Of a stretch of 64,000 bases of DNA, positions 54,801 to 64,000 are shown in pieces; the stretch's first letter is position 1, and the number at the start of each line of letters is the position of its first letter. The notes under the pieces were generated by a model. The model was given only the letters and a program-made list of their open reading frames with translations, had not been told where the DNA came from and did not search any database. The position numbers were made by a program, and so were the translations under genes. The stretch is from positions 682,001 through 746,000 of the forward strand of contig JAQGDQ010000004.1 in NCBI GenBank assembly GCA_030141605.1, written 5' to 3'. This DNA comes from Tubiluchus corallicola (Eukaryota > Animalia > Priapulida).

Positions 54801-57800
54801 GTGAGTCACAAAGCATATTTTTTATCATTTAGTATTACTGATGTGCACAGTGCACAATAAATGTATAACCAGTTGCATTGTGTTGTTTTTTGTTGTATTA
54901 TTGCTTCTTGTATGGTCACACAGCACTGTGTTTCATTATGATGTGATGTGTTATGTTGTGCTATACTTTGCTGCATTGTGCGTTGATGTGCTGTTGAGTT
55001 GTGCAATGTCATAAGTATAGTTACCGCATTTCTTCTAGTGCGTGCTGCTGCATTATTAAAATTACGAAGAAAAAATACCATGTTGAAAACTGAGCGTTTT
55101 TCCTCTCCTGCGGTTCATTCTCAATGCTGTCAATGCATATCATTCTTCATAAACCTATACAGAGTTTGTAAATGAATCAAATTGAATATGAAATCATTTC
55201 AAATCAAATTCAGTAAATTAGCACATAACATGAATAAAATTAATGGATTGGAATTGTCCCTAAAGTTCGAAATCAGTTTTGATAGATTTCCATGACATAA
55301 CTGTAGATGACTATAATGATTTTAGATTATAGATAATAGGATTTTAGCATTTTTATCTTGTGTTCCGCACTAGATTTCCTAAAAATGAGAGACAAATTTT
55401 GGCCATCTTGAAATCCTTGCATTTCGATAACAAAAACTTTGTATCTCAAACTATAGCTCCTTTATAGTAAAAGTCGAGCTATACATAACCGACTGTTAAG
55501 TAGACCGCTTGTACATAACAAGCACTTTCTAATAGATGGCGCAGTTTCCATCGTGAACAAGTACACGTAGGTGCATTATTTACTAACAGCAATTGAAAGG
55601 GCGTGATTTTCAGTAGATAAAACGTGATAAAATTTTGCGTAGATCATTAAATGTAGGTGATTGATAGATCCTGTGATAATGTGAATCCAGATGCATTATC
55701 AATTAAAGATCCTAATTGTGTTGACATAAGTTCAATTAATTAGCAATCACTAACAGACACCTAGTAACATGTAAAACGACTAACCTAGTAAAACGAATAG
55801 CGGTAATCTGTAATTTGATAACCTTTTAAGTAGAACTGTAACCGCATTACATAAGCTCTTCGTGGAGTAATAGAAAAACAGGAACTTGACGTACGTGATT
55901 TTTATCCGCGAGCACTGCCGATCTAAGAGAACCAATATAGTAATTTCTTATTATAACTTCGGTTAACGATTCGGGCTCACAAGATGTCGGTCAGTTAGAA
56001 TGGCGTCACCTGACCGCTGGGTTATCAAATACTAACGTTACTCACCCACCCAATGATCAATGGTGTGCGCACTTCCCATGTAGTGCAGTTGCGTTTCGCA
56101 CTTACTACTTGAAAACACGAGTAGCAAATAAATAGTAAATTATATTGCAAGACGCAATAGAGTGCACTCACGCGACATTAGAGGACGCAATAAAGTAAAC
56201 GCACACCCGTAGAGAATTTACAGAACTGATAAAAGATCATATAATCGATAAACTAGAACTATAAACTCAAAATGTCCTGGATGGTGTTTTACAAGCTGAA
56301 TAACCTAAAGTCGATATAGCCAAATCCGCTGAGTTACAAATAAAAACATCTCTATACATTTATATCATTGTTTTCTTTAATTAGATTACTCACAAAAGTA
56401 AATTTGTTGTTGTCAGGCTAATTTAAAGTTGCACTGTACTGCAAGGTCATTTGTCAAGGGTTATTCTGTGCGTAGTTGGAACTGGTAGAAAGCAATGCAA
56501 AGAATAGGAACTGAACTATGTTGAGTTCCTTTTGATGCAAAAGAACTTGGAATTGGATTTAGTTCTTTTCTAAAAGTTCAAGAGAACGAGGAACTTGAAT
56601 TAGTTCCTTTTATCCCGGAGGAGCTTATAACTGTGATTTCTCCCTTATCTTGCCAGAAAACTACGAATGTAACTAGCTGCTAAACTTGGAAAACGTTTAC
56701 AGTCCTGTCTGTATCGATTTTTATTTGAATTATTAAATGCCTCACAAGTAGAACATTAAAGCGCTAATTTCACTAAATCCAATCTTTTTTGGAAATGTTA
56801 CTGTAAAAACTGGCTGTTTGCTTGAAAGACTTTTACTTTCCACTCATCGCAAAAAAGGTGAAACTGCTGTACAAATAAGGATTAAATATGCTTTAAAAAT
56901 GAGAAAAAGAACATCAAACAAAAATAAAGCAACGCGCAAATAAATAAAGAACAAGCATTAACAAATTAATAACAAGCATACTGGAGCAGAAAATGACTTG
57001 AAGCAGAACAAAAGCAAAATTTACTAAAATTAATAATAAACTTTCTAACACATCACAAAATAGCATGCACCTGCACACGCATACACGTCTACACAAAAAT
57101 CCGCTTATGCACGCAGTTTAAACAGTTACAAAACATTAATAATTTGGCGTGATTGTGACAAAATAAACACCACCAGAAACTATAAATTCAACAAATAAAT
57201 TACTGCAAAGCTTTGCATAAAAATAACCAAACAAAAACACTTACAAACGTTTCAGGAACTGTATAACAAACTTCAAGTCAATTTTCAGAAATCAACAGAG
57301 ACATATTGATCTATAACAGCCGCATACTGAAACACAACTACAGGCGTCTATACAAGCAAAAACAGGATTGTGCAATATTGAAAGACTATCTAACTTCTCA
57401 TACTAGAACTCCCAAGCATGTTAAACAAACGATCCTATAGGTAATGCAACATAACGACGCTCTCCAATCTACACACCTGGCTTCACCATGCTAACCCGGG
57501 AGATAACAGTTACAATGTTACTCATTTTAGCCAATTCGCTTTTGTTAAGGTACCGTCCATAGCTCGTACATAGCATGATGAAAAGTTGAAATGACGACAA
57601 TTAGTTAAAAATCTCAGAGGAAAAGCTCCTTCTTCATTTGTAAGCAGGTGATTTTGTTGAAATGGTTTTCTTGAGTTGTCTACCGTGCATTGAATTTCGC
57701 GTAGTCTATCTGACGAGTTCTTGTGGGACTCATTTACTAACTGACGAAAATTAAGTCTGATTACAGCGGAGAAAAGAAAAGTCCTTGAGTAATGATATTA

Positions 57801-58333
57801 CGTTTCACTGCACAGAACATAGAAAAAAATGATAATGATGTAAAATACGATGCCTGTCTCTCTGTCTTTTTGTATGTGCGTTAAAGATATAAAATGAAAA
57901 TCTTTTGTTGGAAAAATTGCGCTTCACTCTCAGTAAAGACCAAGAATGCAATTTTGAAAGATGTTCTACGTTTCATTTTTTTAAATTACTTTAAAAGTCG
58001 TTTATTGCTATAAAAATACGAGGGTACAAAATAATATACCGTCAATAGTTGCAAATGTGCTGAAAAATGCTCAGCCTTGATGAGGGCACAGGTGGCAGCT
58101 GTTGCATCAATTATAATAAGTAGCGATTTACTGATTCTGTAGTTTTGCAAATTTGAACTGGAAGTGCGATTTAGCAGTATGGTAGCAGTATGATAATCCA
58201 TTTTACCGAATAAAAAGCAGCGTGCAAATATAGTGCAAGATAAATTCTTTTGACAGTACATATACTGGCTCTGTTAATTAATTTTTATAGTTATTTAAGA
58301 TGCGCATGCTTACAGGAACATCTTGTTTTTTAG

Positions 58334-58440
58334 TCACTGCATTTAAGGACTGCATGGAAGACGGAACTTGGTTCAGGCACCCAATCACAAACCGATCCTG
58401 GTCAAATTATACAACTTGCGTAAACTTGGAAGACTATCAG
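58334..58440 (+). CDS. Coding exon of calcitonin/DH31-receptor-like GPCR (end of ectodomain)
   Basis: Acceptor cttgttttttag|T; 107 nt, phase 1 to 0 if the donor is CAG|gcaagt. Translates (L)[35 protein letters not shown], with the GxWF[RK]HPxxNxxWSNYTxC motif typical of calcitonin/CGRP/DH31 receptors. Confidence 0.95.
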
Positions 58441-60079
58441 GCAAGTATGCTTTAAAAAGTCAGCAAATTCTTAATAGGAAGAACAATAAAACTGATATAG
58501 GCCTAATGTCACACAATAGAGAAATTGCATTCTATCTCCTATCATCAGACCGGAACACGCCACTTTTAATAAAAATTCCGTAATCGTGAAATATTGTTAT
58601 TGCCTTGAGAATAATGTACTTATCTTTCGTATTATGAATTATATTGGTGAAAAATAAATTAATAGATGGACAAATAAATAATTGAACGAAATTTCAAATA
58701 AATAAACAAGTGGTGGTATAACTTAGTGAACGAGTGAATAAACACGAACGAACGAATAAACGAACAAGGAAATGTACAAAGTGGGTGAACGAATAACAGT
58801 AATAAAGATTTTTGATCTTTATTAATAAAGCTTTGACTTTTCTTTAATTATTTTCAAAAGTCCGTTGTTGCGTTACCGCGTTTTTAATTTTGAGCGTCTT
58901 TAAGTTAAATGAATTTTCAGCATTTTCTAGATCTTGCAAATCCTCTTTTACTGTTATAGGTTGCCTTATGAAGAGGCAAATTTTTCATGCTATTTAATTA
59001 GACTGCTTTCCTTGTGAGAAGTGTAAATTTATCTGTAAAGTAAAACGTAATTACAGTTACCTAAATTTGTGCATTAACTAAACCATCTGCCGCGCGAAAC
59101 CATCCTGATTGGTCATATCTCCACACCAGACCATATATGACAGCAGTTATTACCTTTGAGTTTTTAATTTGAAAACTACCTCAATTTTTTTATAAAATGA
59201 AAAGAGATAAACTTTGAGAAAAACTCCTCACTAGTACTTCTGGAACGCTCTGCTATGCAGAATTTAAAACGTTAGATGTTCTCGCGAGTATTTCTTACTT
59301 CACTGAAACGTTAGTAGAATATCTTATCTCATCAGGCCTGTACTGTGAGTGGCCTAAGCTGTTCTGAGCTTCGTAACAGCTGAAAACGAGAAACGAATTT
59401 TACATTTTCAGTCAACCAAATACTGTCGATTTGTAGGGCACTTTGTGGCGTATATATTTTTAAACTTATGTTTTGCGACTTCAATAATTTGAAAAAAACA
59501 TTGGCGCTTATAACGTATTGGGACAACGATTTTGGTATTAAATTTCTCTTAGCGCTGCAAGCTTGCTTGTAACGCTACAACAAATAACAAATTGCAAATG
59601 TTGCCATCAGAGAGCGTGCTATTAATTTCAAAATTGCTATTCGTTGTTTCTCAGCTTGTCGACAGAAATTGTTTGCGAAAAACACGTTAGCACTGGGTTT
59701 CTAGGCAGTCTGATTAACAAAAGTCTGATGACCGCGACGTGTCATAAGATTTACAAAATTAAATTTTCTGATAACGTCATTTCCAATTTACCACCATTAT
59801 TTTAGCAGAATAACTTCAAAAGAATTTCATTGGTTTTGTAGGCATGGATTCATAATTGTCGTATTCCACTCATAATCAGTTTGATGATCAATGAGCAGTT
59901 TGTGGTCATAGTTTTTATAATTTGCATCGGAAAAATCAATTTGCTCAAATTTTGTAAAAGACGGTTATTCAAAAATGAAATTTAGGTATTGCTGTTAATC
60001 CACTATGAACTGTTCTGCCATTTTTGTTACACAAGGCATGTCTAATTAAGATTTTGCTATAGCTATTGTTTTTCCCTGA

Positions 60080-60800
60080 GTTATTTATTTTTATTCTTAT
60101 TTATTCTCCGCCACAACGCTTAATAACTCGTAAGCCTTCCAAGCTAGGGTCATTAAACTCACCGGATTGGTAGCCATGGGCGGGAGACGTACAACAGTGT
60201 GGTGACCACTGATCTCTGATCAAGGGGGGAAGGGCAGTGGGCGTTGGTCAGTTTTTCCTTGACAATGCATCTTCTCCTAGGGCTTTCGGTTTTTCCAATT
60301 TTTTTCACAAGTATTTGGGCACTTTGGGCATTATGTATACATGATGTCGGGTCAAAGGTCACAGAACGGGCTGGACTTCATTTATTTTTCTTTATGATCC
60401 ATCTGCTCCCACAGTTTTTGAGCCAGGGCCACAATATTTGGTATGTTGCTAGGTGGTGTCGTGGCCTTGCACATCATAAAATATGGGAAGCGCGCGTATA
60501 GCAAAATTTTTCGCCAGGGGCAAAAACCGAAAAAAGGGGGTCCGGAACAGAAGTGCACCGCGTATTGAGCAACGGTACCTTGTAGCACATTAAATGAAAC
60601 GTCTCGATGAGGCGGCTATAGGTTACAGTGTGAAACGTTAACCTGTCACCCCATTAGGGGCAAAATAGGGGTCGAGGAGAGAAATGCCTTCCAGGGTCTA
60701 CCAAAAGTAGCTTGTATATCAAATGAAATGTCTCTAAGAGACAAACTGAATGATATAAGTTATACTGAGATTGGTTGACCTTTGACCCATGGGTGATAGG
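60080..60800 (+). mobile_element. Second copy of the 34070-34960 element family
   Basis: Shares gtatg.tgctaggtggtgtcg, ggggcaaaaac, aaatgaaa.gtctc and ggttgacctttga motifs in the same order, and has a TTA-rich head. Confidence 0.7.
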
Positions 60801-61882
60801 CTGAACAGTTAAATGCTGAGGTTTCACTGTGAAACGCACTTCCCATGTATTCGAGTAAGGTGAATTCAATAAAAGAAAAGAAGCACTTTTAGGAACACTA
60901 CATCTCTTCATTTTAAAGCTCAATTTTATAACTATTGTTGTAAAATCTTCAGTTTCTGACCACGCCAGAAACATTGTCAGCTAGTTAAGATTTAAAATTT
61001 GGCGTTAGAACTTTGTAGCCTATCCTGTTGAATTAGCCTTGAATGTAATTATTAATTATCAGCATAAATGCAATAAAAGTACAAATTCTAGATCACAAAA
61101 TAGACGCATGTTAGTTTATTAATGACTTGACAGCTTAATGACTTGACAATTTAAAGAGACAATAATTTACAAACCCTTTTGAAATCTAGGAAACCTTTAC
61201 AGGTGGCAGTTTGGGTTTTTTAGAGTTCCGAAAGTTATTTGCACTTGGATATTTCCATCAACAAAACATTTAATTTTTGATTAGCGAATGTGAGTTCAGT
61301 ATTTTGAAACAGAACAAAGAAACTGTAGATAATTTCTTTTCTTCGCTTTCAGAAGTATAGTTTTTGTAGGGTTTTTTCGACCTTTGTGTGTCAAAATATG
61401 GACTGAAAAACCCCTGGGGAATAGTGAAGGGTTTTTCAGAAAGAGGAAAGGTATGATAAGGGTTTTGAAAGAGAAAGAGTAGTTTTATTTTCGTACCATT
61501 TATAAGTCACGCCTGTTTTCAAAGAGAAAATGTGTGAGAAAAGTTTTTTCAAACAGAAAGGATAGTTTTGTTTTCCTACTTTTTCCCTACGCTTATATAC
61601 GTCACGCACTAAGACTTCTGAACACGTGATTTCTGTAATGCTGTAACTGGTTTGTGTGGCACCGCTTTATTTTTTGTGAATTTTTCTGCCTCTGGGTTGA
61701 AATAGTAGAATACACCGTTTTATCTTTATTTTAGCTTGACAGTTTCATATTATTAATATGGTCTCATTTTTTATTAATCTGTAATTGAAGAAAAGACTTG
61801 CCAAAGCTCGTGTTTGTGAGAATCTGGAAACTGGAGTTACATGTGATTAGCTACTGCAGACATTTCTATGATTGTATGGTTA

Positions 61883-62093
61883 AGTGGCATTTACCTAGTA
61901 TTCGGAATGCATATGCGTTATGCGGATTCGGAAAATCGGTTTATACTGTTTTCAATGCACCCGTTTATCAGACCTGCGTTATTTTTGTAATTTTTTTCTG
62001 CAATTATTTCCTATTGATTTTTCATACACAGCTATACTACAGGTGGAAAACACATAATGCATAACGCATTCCGGATGCCTGGTAAACGCTACT
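61883..62093. mobile_element. ~210-bp MITE (Harbinger/Tourist-like)
   Basis: Left end agtggcatttacctagtattcggaatgcatatgcgttatg. Reverse complement of the right end is agtagcgtttaccaggcatccggaatgcgttatgcattatg. Flanks are tta and tca. Confidence 0.7.
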
Positions 62094-63180
62094 TCAGGCT
62101 GTATGACGTTACCACATGAGGGGCTCATTATTGTGTTGATTAACTATTTTTCTGAAAATATGTTCTAACTTATCGTCTTACCCACATAATATGTGGACAG
62201 CAGAAAAGACAAGATTTAATTTTTGTCACACTGTGGATTTCTTGTTTTAATTAATTAACATTTTATTAACACGTAAATGTAATTATGCCACGAGCACTGT
62301 ATATTTGTAATATGCGAAGACTTGAGAAAGTGTTTTAGTAATTACAGTATTGTGTTTGCTGTTTTACCAAAGACGTCAAAACAGAAAAATAAGGGGTTTT
62401 CAGAAAAGGTTTTCCAGAGACATTTCAAAAGGGTGGAATAAGGGTTTATCAAATGATTTTGAAGGTTTTTTTAGAATGGATAGGGTAAGGGCTTTCACAA
62501 ATATATGGACACATAAAAACCTCTTTCCTGCCCATTAACAAACCCTTATTCTAACAGTGTTGCTTTACAAGGGGAATTCAACATCCTGAGAAACATTGCA
62601 GATTACTCTAATTGCTCTTCTCTGGATTTGGCACCGCTTACTCACTCTAAACAATATCACTAATATTTTGCCGACCACTTAAGAGTATTCAATAGTTTTA
62701 CCTCTAACAATAGCAATTACTTTTGATTCGACCATTAATAACCAACGAAGCAGTTACATAATGCATTTTCTTAAACGTTTGTTAGTATCGGACGACGAGA
62801 CAGCATCATCAAATATTTGTTGAAAAGTACTGGCTGTAACTGCCTTAAACTTTTGTAACTACTGAAACCTTTAGTATCATTATACTTTATATACAAGCAG
62901 GTAATATTTGGAAGTTCTACCAAAAATAAGGTGAATAAAATTCAGAACTTTGGGTGCAAAAGCGATACAGTAATCCGACTTTCCATCGATTTTAACTCAT
63001 TGCCTCCTAACAGATAAGAAGGCAGCTACCAATCATACTGCCAAATTAGGCAGTTCAAAACACATTTGTTACTTAGTAATTAATCTAGTATGATCAACTA
63101 AGATCGAATGCGTTAGCGTAATAAATAGTAAAACTCTTGTGATATCCTCATTGTCAGCAGCATGCTAGCTTACAGCCACA

Positions 63181-63301
<121 letters not shown>

Positions 63302-64000
63302 GTTATTGATGACTACAACACAATTCAGTACAGTGCAGTACGGTGCGATGCAGTGCAGAGCAGTACAATACAATACACTTCAATACATACGCACCCATAC
63401 AGTTACTGTGTAACAACTAATGACTCCATGTTGGTTTCACAGCAAGAAATTCAAAACTCCTCAAAGTTTTGGGTTTTGAAGACCGAAAGCAGCTGTCGAA
63501 GCTCAACACGTACATGGTGAAAATCGGTTCAAGTCGGTTTAAAAACAAATTTGTTACATTACTGTTTCTTGTAACAGAAATAGTATTTGAACTTGGCTTC
63601 CCGATTTTTCATTTAATTGGTAACTAACATTGTTTAAACGCCAAGTAGCAGTTGTGTCATTTCTCTTTTCCTACCAGCTTGAATGTCCATGAAGTGTCAC
63701 CTTGACGTGACTGAAATACCTGTCAACTGCTTGTTACTTTTAGTTTGCGAATTGAACGCAGTGTAATATATTATTTCTAAAACATCTAAGAGAATTTATA
63801 ATCTATAGGACAACACCATAGTAAACTGACATTATTCTACAAAATTGCATACGAACGAGTTCTTCACAGGGCTATTTTGTGCCGTTGGATAGAGTTAATG
63901 TCTTACCTTCATAGCAGCTAGGAATGAAGAATTACTAGTGTACATACTTAAGTAATAAAAAATTTTGTACTGATAGGCCGTTCTTAGTTATTTTTGTTTG

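Overview
AT-rich animal (probably invertebrate) nuclear DNA, mostly intron or intergenic sequence full of repeats. Almost every entry in the supplied ORF track is spurious. The one well-supported gene, which the ORF track misses, is a + strand secretin-family (class B1) GPCR of the calcitonin/DH31-receptor type. Three phase-consistent spliced exons (49508-49661, 54687-54800, 58334-58440) encode its whole six-cysteine hormone-binding ectodomain. No transmembrane exon was found, so these probably lie beyond the window end. The gene has a probable GC-AG intron and two candidate alternative first coding exons, one giving a signal-peptide-like N-terminus and one not. Other content: two decayed LINEs plus a fragment, two near-identical tandem duplications (periods 1478 and 849 bp), a ~1.7 kb 36-bp minisatellite, a tRNA-Ser pseudogene, tRNA- and 5S-derived SINE remnants, several MITE, foldback and internally repeated non-autonomous elements, and long microsatellites. 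I found no convincing novel multi-gene system. All family assignments are by-eye motif recognition, not database hits.
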